Below are positions 30,357 through 39,061 of a stretch of DNA of 64,000 nucleotides, piece by piece (the first letter of the stretch is position 1; each line of letters opens with the position of its first letter). Under the pieces are notes generated by a model. It was not told the origin of the DNA and searched no databases. It saw only the letters and a program-made list of their open reading frames with translations. The stretch is from a virus (taxonomy: Duplodnaviria > Heunggongvirae > Uroviricota > Caudoviricetes), in the IMG/VR virus record IMGVR_UViG_3300006201_000003, positions 64,095 through 128,094 of that record, one strand, 5' to 3'. A program made the translations under genes and the position numbers.

Positions 30357-30470
30357 TGCGGAGAATAGGACTCGAACCTACGACACATAGCCTCCATTTA
30401 ACCTTGCTGTTAGTGAGAACGAAATGTTCCACATTTTATACCATCGCTCTACCGACTGAGCTATCTCCGC
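30357..30470 (-). ncRNA. tRNA-like RNA with insert (element 3).
   Basis: Perfect 7-bp acceptor GCGGAGA/TCTCCGC, D arm GCTCAGTCGGTAGAGC, T arm GTAGG-TTCGAGT-CCTAT; anticodon stem ATGGT/GCTAT (GU pairs) around a 48-nt loop with the hairpin GTGGAAC...GTTCTCAC and CTCACTAACAGCAAGGT. Confidence 0.55.
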
Positions 30471-30475
30471 ATATT

Positions 30476-30525
30476 CGGGACGCATTGTTGTTTCTTAAAA
30501 TTTCAGAATGACTTGCTGTTAGCGT
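30476..30525 (-). repeat. Stem-loop element GGGACGC-[TAACAGCAAG...]-GCGTCCC immediately 5' of tRNA-like element 3, followed by GAATAT.
   Basis: 7-bp inverted repeat flanking a ~36-nt loop that begins with TAACAGCAA. A homologous element sits at 31130-31195. Confidence 0.6.
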
Positions 30526-30806
30526 CCCATAGTTTCATATTTCAAAGGAGCCAGTCAAATATATTTCTGTTTGGATGCGAACTTAGGGCTTGTCTCGTAC
30601 TTTATTCATTGCAGAGCCTCCTCAACTGCGTTCCGATTCTGCCGCACTCATGTGGGCGGATCACATTTTGAAACCTTGTGGGGCATCGCCCCCCCCCACT
30701 TGTTGCAACCGGTCTACATTTACAGATACAACTTCTTAAATGGTCTGGTCACGTGCTCTATTCATGGCACGTACCTCCTTCCTAAGAATCAGTATGGTGG
30801 CTATTA

Positions 30807-30923
30807 TGGGAACTGACGGAGTTGAACCGCCAAGGAAAAGATTTCAAGTCTTTTTTTATAATGAAGATTGCTGTATGTGTCCGCCACCCGCTACACAGAT
30901 TGGCCTGACCACCGGACGTTCCC
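30807..30923 (-). ncRNA. Possible fourth tRNA-like RNA with insert (element 5).
   Basis: T arm GGCGG-TTCAACT-CCGTC; acceptor 6/7 pairs (GGGAACG/AGTTCCC); an internal ACAGCAATC motif follows the hairpin TGTGT...ACACA. Length 117 nt like the others. The D arm is unclear. Confidence 0.3.
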
Positions 30924-31011
30924 ATGTTGCCGCACTTACACGGCAGTAGTGGTCTTTTCCCACCGTCAAGAAAGGGGTTTGCAATGTACGCAATGCCGCT
31001 CACCACACGGC

Positions 31012-31101
31012 TGGCGGAGTGGGTGGGACTCGAACCCACACACCCTTTCGGGCTACTGACGGTTTAGCAAACCGTTGTCTTACCATTAGACTTACCACTC
31101 C
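31012..31101 (-). tRNA. tRNA-Ser(GCU), type II with long variable arm, CCA encoded.
   Basis: Acceptor GGAGTGG/CCACTCC, anticodon arm ACGGT-TTGCTAA-ACCGT (anticodon GCT), long V arm, T arm GTGGG-TTCGAGT-CCCAC, and 3' GCCA. Confidence 0.85.
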
Positions 31102-31129
31102 ATATTCGGCGGTTGCTAACCGCCACGAG

Positions 31130-31195
31130 ACGCATTTTAACGTGATGAATTAAATGTTCATTGTTTTGTTAAAGTTGCTGTTAGCGTCTCAAACC
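31130..31195 (-). repeat. Stem-loop element GAGACGC-[TAACAGCAAC...]-GCGTCTC 5' of tRNA-Ser, followed by hairpin GGCGG-TTAGCAA-CCGCC and GAATAT.
   Basis: Same architecture as 30476-30525: conserved loop start TAACAGCAA, and GAATAT immediately before the tRNA 5' end. Confidence 0.6.
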
Positions 31196-31206
31196 AAATG
31201 GCTCTT

Positions 31207-31524
31207 TTATTCAGAAATTGAGCCGGAGTCCTCTGTACTTAGGAGCTTGGTGAAATTATTGATGATAGCCGCATTGCCCTGGCGCTGTTTGGACATAGCT
31301 TCTCGCGTCTTCGCCAGATCAGCCGCATAGGTGTCAATCTCTCCCATAGCGTCGTCAATCTGTTGATTGATAAGCTCCAGACGATTGATAGTGCGTGTCA
31401 CAAGCTCGACAGCATCATCCGCCTGCTGCGCAAGCCGATCAACCTCCTGCTGTTTCTCCCGCAAAATGTCATGGGATGCCGTATTGGTTTTCTTACTGTT
31501 GAACGCCATATCGTTCCTCCTCAA
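31207..31524 (-). CDS. Coiled-coil hypothetical protein.
   Basis: 105-aa ORF. Confidence 0.5.
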   Translation of the reverse strand: MRRNDMAFNSKKTNTASHDILREKQQEVDRLAQQADDAVELVTRTINRLELINQQIDDAMGEIDTYAADLAKTREAMSKQRQGNAAIINNFTKLLSTEDSGSISE

Positions 31525-32453
31525 TTCACACCTGGGATGGTGACAATGGAGCCAGAACCAGATACGGTAGGCATCTTACCATCCCACTGCTCATACTTAA
31601 TCTTCTCAATCAGCTCAGAAGTAAGGGAGGCGGCAATCACTCTGTTTGCCTCTGCCTCAGCTTCGGCAGCAATCCGCAACACCTCAGCATCTGCATTTGC
31701 CTTAACCAATGCTGTCTGCGCTTGAATCTCTGCGGCTTCCTTGTCCTTCTCCGCCTGGATCATGGCAACTTCCTTATCTTTGTTGGCCTGAATCTTAGCA
31801 GTCTGCGCCTCAATATTCGCAAGTTCAAGCTCCTGCTGAGCGGTTACTTTCTTTTGGATCGCCGCAGCAGTCTCAGCGTCCACAGAGATGTCGGTGAAGT
31901 TCACCGTGTCAATAATAATGCCATACTTGTCGAACTTCTCCTTGAGGTAAAGATCAAGCTCCGCATTGATAGTTGTACGCTGATCGCCAAAGATGTCCGT
32001 AACAGGATAGTTAGCACTGACCTCCTGAGTCCATGCGATAATCTTGGGCTTGATGAATGTGTCCTTGATCTCTTCGCCGGACTTTCCCTTGAATGTTACG
32101 AATGTTTCAGCCACTCGTGCCTCATCGAAACGATAGGAGAACTCCAAATTTACCCGAACCGTTTTGCCGTCAGAAGTAGGGATACTGAAGCTCTCATCGG
32201 TCTTGCTGTCGCCCTTTTCGTCAGAGGTCAGATAGCTTTGCTCAATACCGATTGAGTATGTCGTGACTTTCTTGGTAGGTGCGACCAGATGCCAACCTTG
32301 GGAAAGAACCTCACCGTCAACGCCGCCGTTCATGTTGTAGACGACGCCGACATACCCTGCCGGCACACGACTGGTACAGAACAGTGCCAAAATGATACTT
32401 CCAAAGATTGCGATTGCAAGGACGATTGCTCCGATGAAACCTTTTCTTCTCAT
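31521..32453 (-). CDS. SPFH/band-7 (prohibitin-like) membrane protein.
   Basis: The track ORF is 31521..32474; the likely ATG is 32453, after GGAGGT. N-terminal TM, SPFH-like core and a coiled-coil C-terminal repeat (EAQTAKIQANKDKE). Confidence 0.7.
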   Translation of the reverse strand: MRRKGFIGAIVLAIAIFGSIILALFCTSRVPAGYVGVVYNMNGGVDGEVLSQGWHLVAPTKKVTTYSIGIEQSYLTSDEKGDSKTDESFSIPTSDGKTVRVNLEFSYRFDEARVAETFVTFKGKSGEEIKDTFIKPKIIAWTQEVSANYPVTDIFGDQRTTINAELDLYLKEKFDKYGIIIDTVNFTDISVDAETAAAIQKKVTAQQELELANIEAQTAKIQANKDKEVAMIQAEKDKEAAEIQAQTALVKANADAEVLRIAAEAEAEANRVIAASLTSELIEKIKYEQWDGKMPTVSGSGSIVTIPGVN

Positions 32454-32470
32454 TGTGTATTTTACCTCCG

Positions 32471-32638
32471 TCAATGTTTATTTGCTGTGTCTTCATCGCT
32501 TGGGTCTTCCTCGTCCATTGCGTCCTTTGCATCCTTGATTAGCCGTCCAACAAACTTGCCGAGCGGTTTGAATGCGAAAGATAGCAGCACCCACAGCACA
32601 GCCGCAAACACAAAGACTAAGAAAATGAATACTGGCAA
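32471..32638 (-). CDS. Small membrane protein (~55 aa) upstream of the SPFH gene.
   Basis: Manual ORF LPVFIFLVFVFAAVLWVLLSFAFKPLGKFVGRLIKDAKDAMDEEDPSDEDTANKH with a TTG start; the preceding C8/G8 tract (32645-32652) could serve as a G-rich SD. Below the track's 60-aa cutoff. Confidence 0.4.
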   Translation of the reverse strand: MPVFIFLVFVFAAVLWVLLSFAFKPLGKFVGRLIKDAKDAMDEEDPSDEDTANKH

Positions 32639-32710
32639 CTCTTACCCCCCCCATTTGAATACATTGATTTTATTCGTCATTATACTAACCTTAAAGTGGC
32701 TTCTGCCACT

Positions 32711-33646
32711 TTAAGAGTGTAGCTGTTTATACAGCGCATAGTCTCTCAACCGTTCACGATGAGGCTTCCGAAGATCTTTTTCGTTTTTACCAATCAGATT
32801 CTCACAGAATACCTCCGACGCAAATTCGACATTTTCCAAATCAAAGTTAGAACTTTCCTGTTCCAGCATATACGCCCGATAGAAAATTCCCGACTGTCTG
32901 GCTGTGTCGAACTTTAACGAATACTCGTGATTTGAATATTTGTCCATCCGACTGAGACTGGCCCGCATCTGAAAGACCGTTACTTTGGAGCTATCTTCTG
33001 TCCGAATAAGGTTTTCCGAGTACACATACTTCCGAAAGATACGGCCTCTACCTTGAGACTCAAATCCCTCTGCATCCCGTAGATGAGTTAGCAACTCGGT
33101 TACGAAATACGGCATTTCAATTTTTACACCGTCAAGAACAATTCCGTCATCACATACAGCTGTCTTTGGAAGTGTAAGAATCTGTTCCTCAGTTAAACCG
33201 AACCAGGCCAGATAAAGGACTGCGCTTGGGACATCAAACACAGAATCGTCAATTCTGTTCGCCGCAAAAACCGTATCTTCGATAGCGGCCCGCAGATGGT
33301 CTAAATCTTTGAAGTAAGTGATACGTGCCGATTTTGAACTAATGCTCAGATCTTCCGCCATCACACTTGACAAAATTTCTTCCTGCTCCTTTTGGAGTTC
33401 GCCATGAGCAATCATATAGCGAACATAGTAAAGGACAGCCTTTTTATCGTTGAAAAATGTGCTGGACTTCTTCACTAACATGGAGTTAAAAAGTTCTACA
33501 TACTCATCTTTGGTATATCCTTCGTCCAAAGTCTTTCCAGTGCTTTTCTCAAACGCCAAAACCTTATTCCATGTTTTAGTGAATTGCTTTTGCTGAGGGA
33601 ATGAAGCGTATCCTTCATTTTGATCCGTGAAGAAGTTCTCTCTCAT
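32711..33646 (-). CDS. Hypothetical protein.
   Basis: 311-aa ORF, followed by the terminator hairpin AAGTGGCTTCTGCCACTT at 32693-32712. Confidence 0.5.
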   Translation of the reverse strand: MRENFFTDQNEGYASFPQQKQFTKTWNKVLAFEKSTGKTLDEGYTKDEYVELFNSMLVKKSSTFFNDKKAVLYYVRYMIAHGELQKEQEEILSSVMAEDLSISSKSARITYFKDLDHLRAAIEDTVFAANRIDDSVFDVPSAVLYLAWFGLTEEQILTLPKTAVCDDGIVLDGVKIEMPYFVTELLTHLRDAEGFESQGRGRIFRKYVYSENLIRTEDSSKVTVFQMRASLSRMDKYSNHEYSLKFDTARQSGIFYRAYMLEQESSNFDLENVEFASEVFCENLIGKNEKDLRKPHRERLRDYALYKQLHS

Positions 33647-33762
33647 GGCATCCTCCGTCTCCCTCCAATGTGTTCCGTGTCATTATACTACCACAAGACG
33701 TTCCCGTTGTCAATAGCAAACAACAAAATCATTGAAAAACTTTTTTGGGAGGCTACCACGGC

Positions 33763-34218
33763 TTATTCCAGCAATCGTTGTGATATATAAGCCATATCCT
33801 TAGCAGGTAGAGATCGTAACATCTTCAACAGTTTCTGAGAATCCTTGACCATTTGCCTCCATCCCATGTAGTGAGCTTCCCAGAAACCGTGCCAGTAACG
33901 ATCAAGGCCAGTTTCACTTTGCTCATAAAGCCTATCGAGCAAAGCAATGATCTCTTCATTGGTAGCCTCCAAGGGCCGACGAACTCTCCCATTCTCCTTA
34001 TCAACGACCAAAACCACTCTTGCGCCCTGCACAGGCTGGACGTTAATATGGAGGAAAGCGCTGGACGCTGAGGACATCTGCTCTGGGAGAGTGCCGTTAT
34101 ACGGAAGCATGATGTCCTGTGTATCTGAGCTGCGTAATTTTACAGCACCAGCGTCCAGCTCGAAGCCACCAAAGTCTTCGACCAAACTATTGACGATTCT
34201 CATTTTGCACTCCTCCAA
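33763..34218 (-). CDS. Hypothetical protein.
   Basis: 151-aa ORF, divergent from the XRE gene. Confidence 0.45.
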   Translation of the reverse strand: MEECKMRIVNSLVEDFGGFELDAGAVKLRSSDTQDIMLPYNGTLPEQMSSASSAFLHINVQPVQGARVVLVVDKENGRVRRPLEATNEEIIALLDRLYEQSETGLDRYWHGFWEAHYMGWRQMVKDSQKLLKMLRSLPAKDMAYISQRLLE

Positions 34219-34235
34219 TGTTTTATAATTTTTGG

Positions 34236-34360
34236 GTTGACTAAACCGAAAACGTGTGATACAATATCAGCGATATCACGATAGTTTTCGTGTCTGGTGC
34301 TTACTATACCAGCATTTATGCGTGTTGTCAAGGGGTTATCACGCACTTTTTCGTGATATG
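34236..34360 (+). promoter_or_regulatory. Sigma70-type promoter (TTGACT-17-TACAAT) plus operator palindromes upstream of the XRE repressor gene.
   Basis: TTGACTaaaccgaaaacgtgtgaTACAAT at 34236-34264; palindrome TATCACGcactttttCGTGATA at ~34337-34358, with a related half-site pair near 34270-34292. Confidence 0.6.
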
Positions 34361-34387
34361 ATAAATTTTCTGTTTGGGGGTTGTGTT

Positions 34388-34753
34388 ATGGACTCTATCA
34401 TTTTCACAAGGATTAAAGAATTGTGTGCTGAGAATGAGATCACAGTCAACAAACTGGAAACTGAACTTGGAATGAGCCAGTATTCCATTGGGCGGTGGAA
34501 AAACGCCACCTGCCCAACCATTGACAAGATCTCAAAAATTGCAAAATACTTTGGTGTTTCCATAGATTACATTGTAGGCGCAACCGATATCCGCACCCCA
34601 ATCGACACTGTTATGCGAGATCAAGACTTTGTTTCCTTGCAGCGGGCAAGAGAACGAATGACAGATCGTGACAAAAACCGCATGATGGCAATGCTGAAGA
34701 TTGGCTTTGACTACGCTTTTTCCGATGAACAGTCCAAAAAATCGGACAGCTAA
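34388..34753 (+). CDS. XRE-family helix-turn-helix transcriptional regulator (repressor-like).
   Basis: HTH_3 pattern (LETELGMSQYSIGRWKN....ISKIAKYFGVSIDYIVG). The likely ATG is 34388; the track ORF starts at 34256. Confidence 0.75.
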   Translation: MDSIIFTRIKELCAENEITVNKLETELGMSQYSIGRWKNATCPTIDKISKIAKYFGVSIDYIVGATDIRTPIDTVMRDQDFVSLQRARERMTDRDKNRMMAMLKIGFDYAFSDEQSKKSDS

Positions 34754-34815
34754 TATGGTATAATGGTTACTCACGAAGAGTTTTCAATCCACGTAATTCA
34801 GGAGGGGAGGTCTAA

Positions 34816-35415
34816 ATGGTCAGAACTGTGTTCATACAGCGTAAAGTATTGGAGCTGTACCGACTCATGGGCACGATTTCATATCCTATCCAGCCAGAAG
34901 AGATAATCTCCTATCTTCCTCAGCAATGTCGTATCATATCCTATCAGAAAATGGCAGAGCTGAACCAATGTTCCATACAGGATGTTTCCGTCCTATGCAA
35001 AAGTAATTCTGGCGCAACTCATTACGATGTGGAACAGAGCCGCTATCTGATTCTCTACAACGCTTCTATGAATCCTGGTCGAGTTTTATGGACACTTTGC
35101 CACGAGATCGGCCACATCTGTATTGGGCATCTTGAGATGATCGAGGAAGCAGATATAGCCTATACAGACTGGCGAGAACCCTACGACCAGTTTGAAAGCG
35201 AGGCAGACTATTTTGCGTGGAACCTCATTGCACCATTGCCAATCATGCGAGAGCTTGGTATCCGTTCTGCTTCAGAGATTCAATCCGTTTTTGGAATGTC
35301 ATCTCAGGCCACAGCACTACAATACGATCGTTATGTGAAGTGGTGTAGAGGCCATATCAAAACAGCTTGGGAAAACAATATGCTACGAGAGTTCCGCCAG
35401 AAATACCATGACTGA
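34816..35415 (+). CDS. ImmA/IrrE-family zinc metallopeptidase.
   Basis: 199 aa; HEXXH motif LCHEIGHICIGH. The classic XRE-ImmA pairing; the terminator hairpin GCCGCCC...GGGCGGC follows at 35421-35455. Confidence 0.7.
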   Translation: MVRTVFIQRKVLELYRLMGTISYPIQPEEIISYLPQQCRIISYQKMAELNQCSIQDVSVLCKSNSGATHYDVEQSRYLILYNASMNPGRVLWTLCHEIGHICIGHLEMIEEADIAYTDWREPYDQFESEADYFAWNLIAPLPIMRELGIRSASEIQSVFGMSSQATALQYDRYVKWCRGHIKTAWENNMLREFRQKYHD

Positions 35416-35456
35416 TTGAGGAAGCCGCCCTTTTTCGAGGGCGGCTTTTCTTACCC

Positions 35457-38400
35457 TCAGTTAATTGTCTGCTCTCCCCATGAGATATGGAAGTTTCCGT
35501 CTTTGTCCATATCACGAGACATAAGTAATCCCATCAAATCATAGTCAACACCAAAACGTGTGTATATCTCATCCAGGTCAACATCCTCCCCTTTCATAAA
35601 CAGATTCAATTTCTCTTTTGCTAACACCATTTGCATCTGATTTGACTCAATACTTCCAGAATAGGTTACAAAGTAGATGTCTTTCCAATCCGTAGAGGTA
35701 AATCGGACAAATCTCATATAGAATTGACTCATCCGTGCGTTATTGAAGTGCAGTTCAGGTATGATAACCTTGTTCACAAACTCGAAGTTGACAGAGGACG
35801 GGAGACACTGTTGAGTACAGAGCAAAATCCCGTTTCTGCTCTCTTTTAACGTCTTCTTCAGTTTCCGCCGTCCGGCTAATGTGGTAGTCGATCCTGTCAC
35901 CACAAACAGTTTTCGATCTGGAAAACGATTACGAATTGCGTCCGCATACGCCTCTACAACTACCTTGTGACGCACACCAACAACGGCCACCTCATTAGGC
36001 CAGCCAGCCAACATATCACAGACTTTACGAATTTTCACAGGTTCCAGATCGCTGTCATATTCATCTACTGTGTTTGGAGCGGCAGAAATACGCAACAGTA
36101 AAGTAATCTGCTGAATCAACGCCATCATGCTATCCTTGCGACTATTCCCAGTCAGGGCAAAGTACCGCTGCCGAATAGAGTAGAACTCTTCAACAGCTTT
36201 TTTGTAGACTTCCCGTTCCATAGGAGAGAATGAGACGGTAGTTTGGTGTATACGTCTAATTTCCCGTCCTGTGATCTCAGCAAATGTCCGTGTAATAACG
36301 GAGTAGGACAAGAGTTTGTTCAGTGCATCCGCATTGAATATATCCTGATTTTTCTTACCCACTCCAAAAACTGTGATCTTCTCCGGCAAATGAGACTCCG
36401 AAAATAGTGTATATCCAGGCTTATAAGCGGGAATCGGGCATCCGAAATAAGGGTTGTTGCTAAAATTCAGAAATTCCTCACCATTCGAGTCTTTTTCATA
36501 CCAATAAAGATTCTCAGCCCATGAAAGCATATTGTGAGAATTGTTATAGAGCAGTTCCAGTTGTGGAGCACTCTCCGCAATGTTATTTCTTGTGATGGTG
36601 CCAGTCATTTCCAGCTTAAACTGCACACGACGGAAACAGGACAACATAGCCTTTGTACGCTTGCTGTTAGGGTTCGTGATTTCATCACTCTCATCAAATA
36701 CAAGACACACCTTTTGGTTACGCTGCTTGATATGGCGCTTGATCTGTTTCTGATACTTGGAAACCATATTAAGGGTAATAATAACAAACTCTCCATCCTG
36801 CACAGCGTCCAGATCAGAAAGGCGGCGAATCATACGATAGGGAATAGGGCGTCCATCAATACTGTAATTAGGTAGCACCAAATCCCAGTTATTCTTGATA
36901 GAGATGGCCGTGGATACTACCCAAACATTTCTTGCTCCCTGATAAATCATCCGATATCGTCCAGTGATGATGCCGGCCAGCGTTTTGCCGCCACCTTGCT
37001 CCCATTGTAGCAGATGGTAGTGTTTCTGAAGAATGAGGTTCAAATCGTGCTTCTGTGTATCATTTGGGCAAATCAATTCTTCATTTTCAGCGTCGTAGAT
37101 AGCGAACTCTTCCAAATAGCGGGAAATGTCCGCCCGTTCTATCATTTCAGAGAATGGCATTGTCTCCCGTTCATAGTCACGCTGCTTGCGGCGAAGCATT
37201 CGCACATACTGTCCGTACTCCTGTGGTGGGTTCCCAGTTTCCTCCATGCTGACTACAATATCTGTGATAGGAACTGGCTGTTTCATCGTATCCGACATGG
37301 AGCGACGAGCTTTGGAGCTGTATCCCTTGTAAACAAGGTTATAATCCTGCTTGACCAACCGCACAATGTCTTGGCTTGGCTTCTTGTTCTGAGAGCGGAT
37401 CACACGCCGCAGATAGGCCAGCACTTTTGCCTCTGTAATGCGCACCTTTGCCCATTCCTCAGCTTTCATATCCTTTGGCTGTTCCTGGTGCTGAAATTTG
37501 TAAAGGTACTCTTGGCACTTAGCGTATTTCTCTACCAGTTTAGGATTTTTCCTAATATGGTACAACATCTTCCGAACATTGTACTCAAAAGTGTTAGAAC
37601 TTCCACCCAAAGAGGCCAGCTTGATACGGGCGCTGTTCTGTTGTTTCAACATTTTTGCAGGCGCTATGATTTTTTCCTTAGTATAGTCCAACAGATCGAC
37701 GGCGTTATCCAAGTTGTTCATCTGGGCGTCACAGGCCAACCGATAAGAGCCGCTGGTTTCCTCACCATCCATTCGTTTCTGCCAAAACATCACTTTTGTT
37801 AAATAATTGGTTACACCAAGATGTTTGAATGCACCAGCCATAATTTCAATTTGTCCCAAAAAAGAAAAGTGCTTCTCCATTTCTACGATTTTCTGCTTAT
37901 CCATGTAGTCATCGGATAGGAACTGTGCTGGGACAACAATCGCCATAATACCCATAGGCTTCAACAACTCTGCCGCTTTCATGCAATAGTACATTTGACT
38001 GATATACTCAGTCCCATCTACATCCCATTTTAGGTTGAATGGAGGATTACCAACCACATAGTCGAAGCGCATATCGGGCTGGTAGAAACGGATATCCCGA
38101 TGTTCCAAGTTTGCGGTGGGGTAGAGGTAATGCGCAACCTTATGAGATTTGATATCCAGCTCGCAACCGTAGAAGTTGGCCTCCAGCGGCACGAAGTTAC
38201 AGAAGTTTGCCATTCCAGAAGTAAGGTCGGCCACCGTTTCATCCAGTGCGGGAGAAATGGCTTCCATGATGAACTGGCATAGGGCAGGCGGCGTAAAGAA
38301 CTGTCCGTTCTCAATCTCTTTCTTGGCCTCCGAAAACTCATGGTAGTTTGCGAAGTCAGAGCGCTTCAAGCCGTGTAGTCCACCGTCACCAGTGTAGGCG

Positions 38401-38540
38401 TTATAAATATCCTCACAAGTAATCCCAGATTGCTCGGCCAAGTCCTGCTCCACCAGATAGAGGATCTTATCGTTTAGTTCCTGACGGGATTCCTGTGGAA
38501 TAATCTCATTGTGAAATGCGTATTTCATTCTGATATTCAC
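35457..38540 (-). CDS. N6-adenine DNA methyltransferase fused to an SF2 (SNF2/DEAD-like) helicase; DarB-like.
   Basis: 1027 aa; N-terminal MTase motifs (DLTSGMANF; VVGNPPFNL = NPPF); C-terminal Walker A QGGGKTLAG and motif II VFDESDE. Confidence 0.75.
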   Translation of the reverse strand: MNIRMKYAFHNEIIPQESRQELNDKILYLVEQDLAEQSGITCEDIYNAYTGDGGLHGLKRSDFANYHEFSEAKKEIENGQFFTPPALCQFIMEAISPALDETVADLTSGMANFCNFVPLEANFYGCELDIKSHKVAHYLYPTANLEHRDIRFYQPDMRFDYVVGNPPFNLKWDVDGTEYISQMYYCMKAAELLKPMGIMAIVVPAQFLSDDYMDKQKIVEMEKHFSFLGQIEIMAGAFKHLGVTNYLTKVMFWQKRMDGEETSGSYRLACDAQMNNLDNAVDLLDYTKEKIIAPAKMLKQQNSARIKLASLGGSSNTFEYNVRKMLYHIRKNPKLVEKYAKCQEYLYKFQHQEQPKDMKAEEWAKVRITEAKVLAYLRRVIRSQNKKPSQDIVRLVKQDYNLVYKGYSSKARRSMSDTMKQPVPITDIVVSMEETGNPPQEYGQYVRMLRRKQRDYERETMPFSEMIERADISRYLEEFAIYDAENEELICPNDTQKHDLNLILQKHYHLLQWEQGGGKTLAGIITGRYRMIYQGARNVWVVSTAISIKNNWDLVLPNYSIDGRPIPYRMIRRLSDLDAVQDGEFVIITLNMVSKYQKQIKRHIKQRNQKVCLVFDESDEITNPNSKRTKAMLSCFRRVQFKLEMTGTITRNNIAESAPQLELLYNNSHNMLSWAENLYWYEKDSNGEEFLNFSNNPYFGCPIPAYKPGYTLFSESHLPEKITVFGVGKKNQDIFNADALNKLLSYSVITRTFAEITGREIRRIHQTTVSFSPMEREVYKKAVEEFYSIRQRYFALTGNSRKDSMMALIQQITLLLRISAAPNTVDEYDSDLEPVKIRKVCDMLAGWPNEVAVVGVRHKVVVEAYADAIRNRFPDRKLFVVTGSTTTLAGRRKLKKTLKESRNGILLCTQQCLPSSVNFEFVNKVIIPELHFNNARMSQFYMRFVRFTSTDWKDIYFVTYSGSIESNQMQMVLAKEKLNLFMKGEDVDLDEIYTRFGVDYDLMGLLMSRDMDKDGNFHISWGEQTIN

Positions 38541-38734
38541 TCCGTTCGTTGATTTAATTCGTCGCTATGAAATGAATTTGGGTGAGGCTTTTGAACGGAT
38601 GCCTCCCAGAACCGTGCCACTATTCTTATTGCAAAGAAATTGTATGGTTTGCTAACCACACAGACCCATAAAGTCCGATTTTGTCGCCGCTATCCTTGTT
38701 TTCTTTGAGATACAGATAAATCGTATTTTCTAAC

Positions 38735-39061
38735 CTAACTACCTTCTTTTTTCAGATGTCTCCATTTTGTTACACAATCCCCAAACAAGGGGCAAACACG
38801 TGAGCACGGATAAGTCACCTTCTTAGAACTGTCCATCAGACACGCCATTTCCGGTGATGACTGCTCCAGATTTCTCTCGCTTTGATGGAGTGGATCTGCA
38901 TATTCCAACTGGCAATAATTCACTCGTGCAGCCCATTCAGCGTGGGCAAAGAATACTACTGCTTTTCCGTTGTCATCCCGAACAAAAATGCACATTGTAC
39001 GTAAATTTCTGCCTTGTGGTGATGTATACAGTAGCTTGTCACCAAACTTAAACTTATCCAT
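38735..39061 (-). CDS. Hypothetical protein.
   Basis: 108-aa ORF. Confidence 0.45.
   Translation of the reverse strand: MDKFKFGDKLLYTSPQGRNLRTMCIFVRDDNGKAVVFFAHAEWAARVNYCQLEYADPLHQSERNLEQSSPEMACLMDSSKKVTYPCSRVCPLFGDCVTKWRHLKKEGS

Noticed and set aside
30560-30790. A possible additional tRNA-like element between elements 3 and 5 (weak T-arm-like GTTCGCATCC near 30575).
   Set aside because: No acceptor or D-arm pairing could be found by eye. Left uncalled.
31012-31101. The tRNA-Ser anticodon arm (ACGGT-TTGCTAA-ACCGT), and the hairpin GGCGG-TTAGCAA-CCGCC at 31108-31126, contain the cassette-promoter core TTAGCAA/TTGCTAA.
   Set aside because: The match is short and palindromic, and these copies are not followed by TGTAAT at 15 nt. 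Probably coincidence, or at most a shared protein-binding half-site; not called as a promoter.
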